64,000 bases of DNA from Thermodesulfobacteriota bacterium. Its GTDB lineage: Bacteria > Desulfobacterota_D > UBA1144 > Nemesobacterales > UBA2774. Positions 55,821 through 64,000 of the stretch are shown piece by piece. Position 1 is the stretch's first letter, and every line of letters begins with the position of its first letter. The translations under genes and the position numbers were made by a program. The stretch lies in the NCBI GenBank assembly GCA_965216785.1, contig OZ244197.1:480001-544000 (forward strand), given 5' to 3'. Under the pieces are notes generated by a model. It was not told where the DNA came from. It did no database searches and saw nothing but the letters and a program-made list of their open reading frames with translations.

Positions 55821-57515
55821 ATGAAGACAAACTGGACGATAGAGAAACAAAACCCCAAACAAAGAGACAAGCTCTCTCAAAGCCTCGGAGTATCTTCGGT
55901 TACGGCTCAGATCCTATTAAACCGCGGAATAACAAACGAAGAGGAGGCGAATGTTTATTTAAACAGCACGCTTTTTGATTTACCTTCTCCTTATCTTATG
56001 TCGGGAATGGAAAAAGCCGTCGAGAGAATAAAAAACGCCCTTGGGCAGGGTGAGACCATTGCGATATACGGAGACTACGACGTAGACGGGGTTACATCAA
56101 CCGCGCTCTTTTACACTTTCCTCAAGAGCCTCGGGGCAAACGTAACTTACTATAACCCCGACAGGATAAAAGAGGGTTACGGAGTGAACATTGACGCTGT
56201 GAGAAAGCTGTCCGAAGAGGGGGTGACTCTAATAATTTCCGGAGACTGCGGTATCACCGCAGTTAGTGAAGTTGAGGAAGCTAAAAAGCTGGGTATAGAT
56301 TTTATTGTTACAGACCACCACCAGCCCCCCTCAGAGCTTCCTGACGCGATTTCTATTCTCAACCCCCAGCAGCCCTCTTGTAAATATCCGGCCAAGGAGA
56401 TTGCGGGCGTAGGCGTGATATTCAACCTCGCCATAGGCCTCAGAAGAGCGCTAAGAGACGAGGGGTTTTTTAAAGAAGGGGAACCGAACCTTGGAGACTT
56501 TCTCGATCTCGTGGCGCTCGGCACAGTGGCTGACTGCGCGCCGCTTAAGGAAGTAAACAGAATATTAGTCAAAGAAGGCATCAAGAGAATGCAAAGCCCC
56601 AAACGCATTGGTTTAAAGGCGCTTAAGGAAGCAAGCAGCATCAAGGGTGAAGTAAGCTCCTTTGACCTGGGGTTTAAGCTCGGCCCCCGCGTAAACGCTT
56701 CGGGCAGAATGGGCAGCGCCGCAAGCGCGGTCGAGCTGTTTATTTCTGATGACATCGAGAAAGCCCGCGAGCTTGCAAAGAAGCTCAGCCGTGAAAATTC
56801 TAATAGACAGAGCGTTGAAGCAGATATAACAGAGCAAGCCGTAGAGCAGATAGAATCAAACCCCGTATATCTGTCTTCAAACTCTATCGTGATCGCATCC
56901 CGCAATTGGCACTCGGGGATAATCGGCATAGTAGCTTCAAGGATTGTAGAGAAATATGACAAGCCGGCCATACTAATAGCAGTAGGAGAGGACGGCACGG
57001 GAAAAGGCTCGGGCAGAAGCGTAGAAGGGGTAAACATTTATCAAGCTCTGAGCGAATGCCGCGAGGTTTTGCTACAGTACGGCGGACACGAGCAGGCGGC
57101 GGGCATTTCGGTAAGAGAAGAGGATATTGAAAAATTCCGGGAGATGTTTAAGTTAGCTGTAGAAAGCGGCGCGGCGCGCAGGGGATCGGTTTTGAATATA
57201 GACTGCAGGGTCGAGCTTTCAGATATTTCAGAGGAATTAATCTCTGAGTTCGAGGCGCTTGAGCCCTTTGGCATAGGGAACCCCGAGCCTGTATTGTACG
57301 CCGAGGGGGTACAAGTCCAGTCTCAGCGCCTTCTTAAAGAAAAGCATCTCAGTCTCATTGTGAAGCAGGGGGACAAACCCCTTAGTGCGATATGGTTCAA
57401 TATGAAAGAGCCCCGTCTCTTGAAACAAGACAGAATTGATATAGTATTCACTCCTGAATTTAATAAATGGAACGGTAAAAAAGAGATACAGCTAAGAGTA
57501 AGAGATATAGATTGA
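55821..57515 (+). CDS. recJ: ssDNA-specific exonuclease RecJ
   Basis: Motifs YGDYDVDG, EGYG, DCG, TDHH, GTVAD, PRVNASGR, GSGRS and GGHEQAAG. Confidence 0.97.
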   Translation: MKTNWTIEKQNPKQRDKLSQSLGVSSVTAQILLNRGITNEEEANVYLNSTLFDLPSPYLMSGMEKAVERIKNALGQGETIAIYGDYDVDGVTSTALFYTFLKSLGANVTYYNPDRIKEGYGVNIDAVRKLSEEGVTLIISGDCGITAVSEVEEAKKLGIDFIVTDHHQPPSELPDAISILNPQQPSCKYPAKEIAGVGVIFNLAIGLRRALRDEGFFKEGEPNLGDFLDLVALGTVADCAPLKEVNRILVKEGIKRMQSPKRIGLKALKEASSIKGEVSSFDLGFKLGPRVNASGRMGSAASAVELFISDDIEKARELAKKLSRENSNRQSVEADITEQAVEQIESNPVYLSSNSIVIASRNWHSGIIGIVASRIVEKYDKPAILIAVGEDGTGKGSGRSVEGVNIYQALSECREVLLQYGGHEQAAGISVREEDIEKFREMFKLAVESGAARRGSVLNIDCRVELSDISEELISEFEALEPFGIGNPEPVLYAEGVQVQSQRLLKEKHLSLIVKQGDKPLSAIWFNMKEPRLLKQDRIDIVFTPEFNKWNGKKEIQLRVRDID

Positions 57516-57598
57516 TAGCTTAATAGAAAAGAAAATTTCGCGCTCTCAGGCTATATTTATGTAACATGAGATCGATAAAAAAATACGGAGGTAAATTA

Positions 57599-58483
57599 AT
57601 GGCTAAAAAACCCAATTTAGAAAACCTTAACTTTCTATACCCGATAATCATAATCGTGGTAATCATACTCGCCACGAGCGCATTTGTTATAGTAGACAGC
57701 GGCCATGTAGGCGTCATCAGGACACTCGGAGCGGTACAGCCCGAGCCACTGCCCGAAGGCTTCCATTTGAAAAAACCTTTTTTAGATAAGGTAGAGCAGA
57801 TTGATATAAGGCTTACCAAAGCGAAGTCAAAATCACAGGCTGCCTCAAAGGACCTCCAGACCGTGGAAACTCAGGTAACGGTGCAGTACTCGCTCTCGGG
57901 ACCTATTGCTCCACTAACTTATCAGAGGATCGGCAAACGTGACATAGTCGCCGCGACAGTCATCGAGCCCGCTATTCAGGAGTCCGTAAAAGCCGTCACG
58001 GCCCAGTACACGGCTGAACAGCTTGTGACAAAGAGAGCCGAGGTAAAACAGCAGATACAAAAAGCGATAGAAAACTTCATAGATGTTACGCTAAAAGACA
58101 AGAACGTCCCGACTGCGCTAAAAATCGCAAACGTTGCAATCACCGATTTTGAGTTTTCTGAAGAATTTAACAAGGCAATCGAGCTCAAGGTGAAAGCAGA
58201 GCAGGAAGCGCTTCAGGCACTTAACGAAAAGACAAAACGTGTTACGCAGGCCGAAGCCGGTTATCAGGAAAGAAAGCTCGCAGCGGACGGAGAGGCTTAT
58301 GAGATTGAGGCCGCGTCCAAAGCCAAGGCCGACGCTATCGCAAGAGAGGCTAAAGCCCTTAAAGATAACCCTCAGCTTATTCAGCTGCGATTAGCCGAGA
58401 AGTGGGACGGTACCCTGCCCAAGTTTACCGGGAGTGAGGCTATTCCACTGATTAACGTCGAGTCTCTTAAAACAGATAAGTAG
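57599..58483 (+). CDS. Prohibitin/SPFH (band 7) membrane protein
   Basis: N-terminal TM; motifs GHVGV, EGFHL, ASKDLQTV, FS.EF.KAIE.K and EKWDG.LP. ATG 57599 lies behind GGAGGT. Confidence 0.9.
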   Translation: MAKKPNLENLNFLYPIIIIVVIILATSAFVIVDSGHVGVIRTLGAVQPEPLPEGFHLKKPFLDKVEQIDIRLTKAKSKSQAASKDLQTVETQVTVQYSLSGPIAPLTYQRIGKRDIVAATVIEPAIQESVKAVTAQYTAEQLVTKRAEVKQQIQKAIENFIDVTLKDKNVPTALKIANVAITDFEFSEEFNKAIELKVKAEQEALQALNEKTKRVTQAEAGYQERKLAADGEAYEIEAASKAKADAIAREAKALKDNPQLIQLRLAEKWDGTLPKFTGSEAIPLINVESLKTDK

Positions 58484-58555
58484 GGTTTGTATGCTCTATT
58501 TTCTCTAAGGTTTGTTACTCGGAGAATTATTTGTTTTGGAATATCGGGGGGCTGA

Positions 58556-61459
58556 TCAGTCCTCATAAGATTCTATAGGGGGACAGCTGCATACGAGGTT
58601 TCTGTCCCCGTACGGGTTATTAATCCTGCCCACAGGCGGCCAGAACTTATGCTCCTCCACATATGGGAGGGGATATAGCGCTTTTTTCCTGGAATATGGG
58701 TGTTTCCAATCCTCTATCAAGGCTTCCTTTGCAGTATGGGGGGCATTCTTAAGTACATTATCCAGCGGGTCTGAAGCGCCCTCGTTAATTTCCTCAATCT
58801 CTTTGTAAATAGATATAAGCGCGTCGCAGAATCTGTCGAGCTCATCCTTGGCTTCACTCTCGGTCGGCTCAATCATCATGGTCCCCGCGACAGGCCAAGA
58901 GACAGTAGGCGCGTGGAAACCGTAGTCCATGAGCCTTTTTGCAACGTCCTCTACGTCAACGCCGCAGTCCCGCTTAAAACGGCGGAGGTCCAATATAAAT
59001 TCATGCGCTACTCTTCCGTGCGAGCCTGAATACAGCACATCATAATACCCCTCCAGCTTCGACTTAAGGTAATTCGCGTTTAGTATCGCATACTCGGTAG
59101 CTTCCGTAACGCCGGTTTTGCCAAGGAGCTTAATATAGGCGTAAGAAACGAGTAAAATGCTCGCGCTCCCCCAGGGTGACGCCGATACCGATGATGATTG
59201 CCTGCCGTTTCCGGGGTCTATTACCGGGTGTCCGGGCAGATATGGTGTAAGATGCTCTGCAACACAGATCGGCCCCATCCCCGGACCTCCCCCGCCGTGA
59301 GGAATACTGAAGGTCTTATGGAGGTTAATATGACATACGTCGGCTCCGATTACGGCCGGGCTCGTCATACCCACCTGCGCGTTCATATTGGCGCCGTCCA
59401 TATATACCTGCCCGCCGTTATCATGAATGACAGAGCATATCTCCCTGACCCCTTCCTCAAATACACCATGAGTGGAGGGGTAAGTAATCATTAGAGCTGC
59501 CAGTGAATCCTTATGCGTCTGCGCTTTTTTCTTTAAGTCCTCTATGTCGATGTTACCGCGCTCGTCACAGCCCACCACTACAACGCGCATACCGGCCATG
59601 GCGGCGCTTGCGGGGTTTGTGCCGTGCGCGGAGGAAGGAATGAGAGTAACATTCCTGTTTTCGTCCCCTTTGTCTCTATAGTAGTCCCTGATGACCAAAA
59701 GCCCGGCGTATTCACCTTGGGCCCCTGAATTAGGCTGAAGTGATACGGAGTGAAGCCCTGTAATTTCAGCCAGAAACCCTTCAAGCTCTTTAAATATCTT
59801 GAGGTATCCGGCTGCTTGCTTTTTGGGTGCAAACGGGTGCAGCTTAGAAAACTCGGGCCAGGTAACTGGCAGCATTTCAGTTGTAGCGTTAAGTTTCATA
59901 GTGCATGAGCCCAGCGGTATCATCGAAGTCGTAAGCGACAAATCCTTACTCTCGAGTTTCCTGATGTAGCGGAGCATCTTTGTTTCACTGCGGTATCTTT
60001 CGAATACAGGATGTGTTAAAAAAGGGCTTGTGCGTTTGTGCTCATCGGGAAAATCAGCCGAGAATTCCTTGAAGATTTTATCAAAACGAGTGAAGTCATA
60101 CTCGCTGTTATTCAGCGCGGAGAAAATGCGAAGGAGTTTTTTGACATCGTCTGACTCGGTTGTCTCATCGATCGATATCCCTATGTGTTTTTTATCTATA
60201 TATCTGAAATTAATGCCTTCTGACTCCGATAGAAGTCTTATTTTCTCAATTGCTTTTTTAGCCTCTTTCCCCATATTGACCTTGAGCGTGTCGAAGTAGG
60301 CGCTATTCACCTGCTTATAACCCATGTCCCCCAGCTCTCTTTCTATGAAGCTGGCTGTAGAGTGTATTCTTGCAGCAATAGAGCGCAGACCGTCTCCCCC
60401 GTGGTATACGGCGTACATGCCGGCCATGATGGCCAGGAGCGCCTGCGCCGTGCAGATGTTTGATGTGGCTTTTTCCCGTCGAATATGCTGCTCCCTAGTT
60501 TGAAGCGCCATCCTGTATGCAGGGTCCCCGTTTGAATCTACAGAGACGCCGATAATACGCCCCGGCACCTGTCGCATGTAGCTTTCATGGGTTGCGAAGT
60601 ATGCCGCGTGCGGACCCCCGTAGCCCATCGGAACGCCGAACCTCTGAGCGGAGCCTAGAACTACGTCAGCCCCGAATTCTCCCGGGGGAGTGAGAAGCGT
60701 GAGGCTTAGTAAATCGGCGGCTACAGCAACTAGGATCCCGTTATTGTGCGCCTTTTCCACAAAGCCCGAATAATCGTCAATCTCACCCTCAGAGCCGGGA
60801 TACTGAAGCAGCGCTCCAAAATAGTCGGTATTAAAATCAAACTTTTTGTGGTCCCCAATTGTTAGCTCAATCCCAAGCGGCTCTGCCCTTGTCTTTAGTA
60901 CGTCTATAGTCTGGGGGAAGCATCTCTCAGACACAAAGAATTTTCGCCTGTCTTCTTTTTTATGCTGACCCGCGCTGACGCGGTGGAGCATCGTCATAGC
61001 CTCAGCCGCGGCACTCGCTTCGTCAAGTAAAGAAGCGTTTGCTATTTCCATCTTTGTAAGGTCTATAACAAGGGTCTGAAAATTAATCAGCGCTTCGAGG
61101 CGGCCCTGCGATATCTCGGCCTGATACGGAGTGTACTGGGTATACCAGCCGGGGTTTTCAAATATATTGCGCTGAATAACGCCCGGAGTAATACAGTCAT
61201 AGTATCCAAGCCCGATGTAGGATTTATATACCTTGTTTCTTTTCGCGGTCTTCTTAAGCTCCTCTAAGAATTTATACTCACTTAAAGGTTCGGGCAGCTT
61301 AAGAGGCTTATTAAGTCTGATAGATGAAGGGACAGTTTGGTCTATAAGACCGTCAAGTGAATCGACGCCCACAGACTCGAGCATCGACTCAGTCTCCGAT
61401 TCACCCGGGCCGAGATGCCTCTTGGAAAATAAATTATATCCGTTGGGATTATTTTTCAT
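58556..61459 (-). CDS. gcvP: Glycine dehydrogenase (single-chain P protein)
   Basis: Motifs [47 protein letters not shown] and DYGFHAPT. Confidence 0.99.
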   Translation of the reverse strand: MKNNPNGYNLFSKRHLGPGESETESMLESVGVDSLDGLIDQTVPSSIRLNKPLKLPEPLSEYKFLEELKKTAKRNKVYKSYIGLGYYDCITPGVIQRNIFENPGWYTQYTPYQAEISQGRLEALINFQTLVIDLTKMEIANASLLDEASAAAEAMTMLHRVSAGQHKKEDRRKFFVSERCFPQTIDVLKTRAEPLGIELTIGDHKKFDFNTDYFGALLQYPGSEGEIDDYSGFVEKAHNNGILVAVAADLLSLTLLTPPGEFGADVVLGSAQRFGVPMGYGGPHAAYFATHESYMRQVPGRIIGVSVDSNGDPAYRMALQTREQHIRREKATSNICTAQALLAIMAGMYAVYHGGDGLRSIAARIHSTASFIERELGDMGYKQVNSAYFDTLKVNMGKEAKKAIEKIRLLSESEGINFRYIDKKHIGISIDETTESDDVKKLLRIFSALNNSEYDFTRFDKIFKEFSADFPDEHKRTSPFLTHPVFERYRSETKMLRYIRKLESKDLSLTTSMIPLGSCTMKLNATTEMLPVTWPEFSKLHPFAPKKQAAGYLKIFKELEGFLAEITGLHSVSLQPNSGAQGEYAGLLVIRDYYRDKGDENRNVTLIPSSAHGTNPASAAMAGMRVVVVGCDERGNIDIEDLKKKAQTHKDSLAALMITYPSTHGVFEEGVREICSVIHDNGGQVYMDGANMNAQVGMTSPAVIGADVCHINLHKTFSIPHGGGGPGMGPICVAEHLTPYLPGHPVIDPGNGRQSSSVSASPWGSASILLVSYAYIKLLGKTGVTEATEYAILNANYLKSKLEGYYDVLYSGSHGRVAHEFILDLRRFKRDCGVDVEDVAKRLMDYGFHAPTVSWPVAGTMMIEPTESEAKDELDRFCDALISIYKEIEEINEGASDPLDNVLKNAPHTAKEALIEDWKHPYSRKKALYPLPYVEEHKFWPPVGRINNPYGDRNLVCSCPPIESYED

Positions 61460-61618
61460 TTATATCTACACAGGAAATATTGTCTATTTTTACGGAAAGG
61501 TAAGAATTACGAATGTGAATATATTAATGCCGACATTAAGATTGTGATATTGTACCCGACTTGCAGCGGTTTAGTCTTCCCTGTTTTCATGTTTAACTTG
61601 TCTTAATCTTTTTCGGAC

Positions 61619-62014
61619 CTAATCTTCCATTTCATTTTCTACATGCTCAGTGTAACTTGTGCTTTCCATCAAACCCTTAAGCTCGTCCGGGTCGTAGGGT
61701 TTTACTTTGATCATCCAGCCCTCGCCGTAAGGGTCCTCGTTTATAGTTTCAGGCGCATCAAGAAGAGCCTCATTTACCTCCATCACGTCACCGCTGATCG
61801 GCGCGTAGAGATCCGACACGGCCTTTGTCGATTCTACCGCCCCGAAAGGATCGCCTTTGGTAATTTCATCCCCCTCGCTCGGAAGCTCTATATATACAAT
61901 TTCCCCAAGAGAGTCCTGGGCATAGTCGGAAATGCCGATTATCAACAAATCTCCTTCTTCCATTACCCATTCGTGATCGTTCGTATATTTTAATTCAGCA
62001 GGTATCTGAACCAT
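61619..62014 (-). CDS. gcvH: Glycine cleavage system H protein
   Basis: Motifs HEWV, GISDYAQ..LG, VESTKAVSDLYAP (lipoyl Lys) and PYGEGW. Confidence 0.98.
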   Translation of the reverse strand: MVQIPAELKYTNDHEWVMEEGDLLIIGISDYAQDSLGEIVYIELPSEGDEITKGDPFGAVESTKAVSDLYAPISGDVMEVNEALLDAPETINEDPYGEGWMIKVKPYDPDELKGLMESTSYTEHVENEMED

Positions 62015-62026
62015 GATACATTCTCC

Positions 62027-63136
62027 TTAATTACTGTCCTTTTTATAAAAGGGAAGCGAAGCCACCTGAGCCTCCCTGAGTGTATTTCTAATCTCTATCT
62101 GCATCCTGTCACTGCTAATTTCATCAGCGCTACTACCCGTATCTACCCCTTTTAGATAACCCATACCGATGGGTTTTTCAAGACTTGGGGAAAAAGTTCC
62201 ACTTGTAACCTTTCCTGCGTACTCCCCTGCCCTGAATATGCTATATCCCTGTCTTGGTATTCCGCGCTCTACCATGGTAAAAGCGACAAGCTCTTTTTTT
62301 AACCCGTCCGCGGTACCCTCAACTATCGCCTGCTTGCCAATAAAGTCGTCTGTGTTGAGTTTCACATATCGTCCGAGCCCGGCCTCGAGCGGATTCGTTT
62401 CTTCGTCTATCTCATGCCCGTAGAGAGAATAACCCATCTCCAGTCGAAGCGTATCTCTTGCCCCGAGCCCAGCGGGTCTCACTCCCTTGGCGGCGCCTGT
62501 GTCCATAAGTCTTTCCCATAACCCCGGACCCGCTTCCCAGGGGAGAAATACCTCGTATCCGTTCTCACCCGTGTAACCCGTCCTTGCCACTATTATGTCT
62601 TTGCCGTTCCAGGTGCAGGTGACAAAATAGAACCTTTTTAATTCATCAAGAGAAATACCAATGCTATCGGATAATATTGCGAGAGAATCCGGTCCCTGAA
62701 CCGCGATCTGAGAGTAGTCGGGACTCCTGTCTATCACCTCAACATCAAAATTCCCTGTCTGAGCAAGCATCCACTCATATACTTTCGCCGAGTTAGACGC
62801 GTTAACGCAGAACAGAAGGTTCTCATCTGAGAGCTTATAAAGTATTACGTCGTCCACTACCCCGCCGTTGTCATAACAGATGAGAGTATACTGAGCCTGG
62901 TCAATCTTTATCTTGGCCGCATCGTTTGTAGTGATCCGCTGGCAGTATGCAAGCGCGCCGGGCCCTCTGACCTCGATCTCTCCCATGTGGCTGACGTCGA
63001 ATAAGCCCGCGTGATTCCTGACCGCAAGGTGCTCCTGCCTTACGCCCTCATACTGTACGGGCATCTCCCAGCCTGCGAACTCGACCATCTTCGCGCCCAG
63101 GTCTTTATGTATTTGGTATAGGGAAGTCCTCTTCAT
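62027..63136 (-). CDS. gcvT: Glycine cleavage system aminomethyltransferase T
   Basis: Motifs FAGWEMPVQY, FDVSHMGE, RTGYTGE.GYE and GLGARDTLRLEMG. Confidence 0.98.
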   Translation of the reverse strand: MKRTSLYQIHKDLGAKMVEFAGWEMPVQYEGVRQEHLAVRNHAGLFDVSHMGEIEVRGPGALAYCQRITTNDAAKIKIDQAQYTLICYDNGGVVDDVILYKLSDENLLFCVNASNSAKVYEWMLAQTGNFDVEVIDRSPDYSQIAVQGPDSLAILSDSIGISLDELKRFYFVTCTWNGKDIIVARTGYTGENGYEVFLPWEAGPGLWERLMDTGAAKGVRPAGLGARDTLRLEMGYSLYGHEIDEETNPLEAGLGRYVKLNTDDFIGKQAIVEGTADGLKKELVAFTMVERGIPRQGYSIFRAGEYAGKVTSGTFSPSLEKPIGMGYLKGVDTGSSADEISSDRMQIEIRNTLREAQVASLPFYKKDSN

Positions 63137-63250
63137 CTACCCTAATTGTTTAACGATAGAACGGGGGATTGTCAATTTTGTGGCTAAATTTAAGTCCGAA
63201 GAAATCTAAATCTGTGGAGACACTGCTAAAGAGGGATTAATTCCTGAGTA

Positions 63251-63949
63251 CTAATACTCTTCCACTACTCTTAAATCTCTCCGAAACTGCTCTGGGACGA
63301 GGTCGGGATCGTTCACGAAATGCTCTATACCCCGGTCATCCGTCCAAATGTATATGGTGCGCCTTTCAGACTCAGGGGCGTATGAGTAACTATCGGGCGT
63401 ACTTTGATATTCCCCAGGATATTCATAAACATCTTCAGGGTAATAATCTGGCTTATCAATACCGTAATCCGGGCCGTATACGTAATTATTTACTTCCAGG
63501 TTGCTCCGTCTCTCAGGCACCGTGCCTAGAGTCGATCCGTAGCCGTCGTAGGGAATATCTTCATAGCCGTAATAGTCATCCGGGTAATAAACGTATCCGC
63601 CGTAAGCTCTGTAATAGGGTTTGTATCCGTAGTAGTTATAGTGCTTTTTATGGTTCTTATAGTAGTGTTTTTTACCGTGGCCATGGTTCCCGTAGTATTT
63701 TTCGTTGTAAGCCTTTGTACCGGGGTGAGGCTTATAGTACTTATTATGAAACTCCTTATGCTTGTTAAAGAGGTTTGTGTTGCCAAAGGAGTTATAGCTT
63801 TTTTTGTTGGCGGGGTACTTAAAAGCTGTTTTCCCGCTCTTTGAGCTTAATTTATTGCTCTTATGGCTTGCGCTTTGACCGAACGCCAGAGGAGAAAGGA
63901 AGGCAAGCAAAAACAAAACCATTAGTCCCGTAATCGTTCTTTTTATCAT
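63251..63949 (-). CDS. Secreted Tyr/His/Lys-rich low-complexity protein with DUF4124-like C-terminal motif
   Basis: Signal peptide ending in AFG; compositionally biased middle region; IYIWTDDRGIEHFVNDPDLVPEQFR at the C-terminus. Confidence 0.72.
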   Translation of the reverse strand: MIKRTITGLMVLFLLAFLSPLAFGQSASHKSNKLSSKSGKTAFKYPANKKSYNSFGNTNLFNKHKEFHNKYYKPHPGTKAYNEKYYGNHGHGKKHYYKNHKKHYNYYGYKPYYRAYGGYVYYPDDYYGYEDIPYDGYGSTLGTVPERRSNLEVNNYVYGPDYGIDKPDYYPEDVYEYPGEYQSTPDSYSYAPESERRTIYIWTDDRGIEHFVNDPDLVPEQFRRDLRVVEEY

Positions 63950-64000
63950 GACCCTACCCGTTTATCCCCTCAGTTAAATAATGCGTCATACAAATCGCTA

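Noticed and set aside
56177-57037. 286-aa minus-strand ORF
   Set aside because: Antisense shadow of recJ. The many similar antisense ORFs across the dcw, thrS, dnaE and gcv genes were rejected for the same reason.
63137-63250. Glycine riboswitch upstream of gcvT
   Set aside because: The intergenic gap is short and AT-rich, has a TTGACA only about 35 nt upstream of the start, and lacks a recognisable aptamer core.
1-64000. CRISPR array, IS elements, prophage, rRNA
   Set aside because: No regularly spaced repeats, transposase/integrase/phage motifs or rRNA-like segments were seen. Nearly all of the sequence is accounted for by the listed genes.

Overview
Gene-dense, mostly housekeeping segment of a Gram-negative bacterial chromosome. 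Gene order and protein style look deltaproteobacterial-like, possibly Ca. Dadabacteria; this is inference only. Core content: a pterin/folate cluster (SDR-folB-folK), tRNA-Val-thrS-infC-rpmI-rplT, tRNA-Gln, pcrA/uvrD, selO, dnaE, ftsY-ribD-nadD-rsfS, a 15-gene dcw cluster from mraZ to ftsZ without ddl, murJ, aroQ, recJ and gcvT-H-P. I found no transposase, integrase, prophage or CRISPR array. Most interesting signals: (1) a candidate ~100-nt sigma54-dependent small RNA at ~9312-9409, which has a consensus -24/-12 promoter, an upstream palindrome, a strong intrinsic terminator and no ORF; (2) a sigma54/IHF-type promoter upstream of a modular GH5 cellulase, whose leader shares a repeated AUAACA(U/A)AU motif with that sRNA; (3) a bacterial protein that closely matches the eukaryotic cap hypermethylase Tgs1, in a tight gene run with a GH113-like hydrolase and a Ubl-Mut7-C RNase; (4) a cytochrome P460-like lipoprotein with no heme-binding motif; (5) a TetR-linked PLP enzyme with altered cofactor-contact motifs. 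All calls come from reading motifs by eye, and no database search was run.
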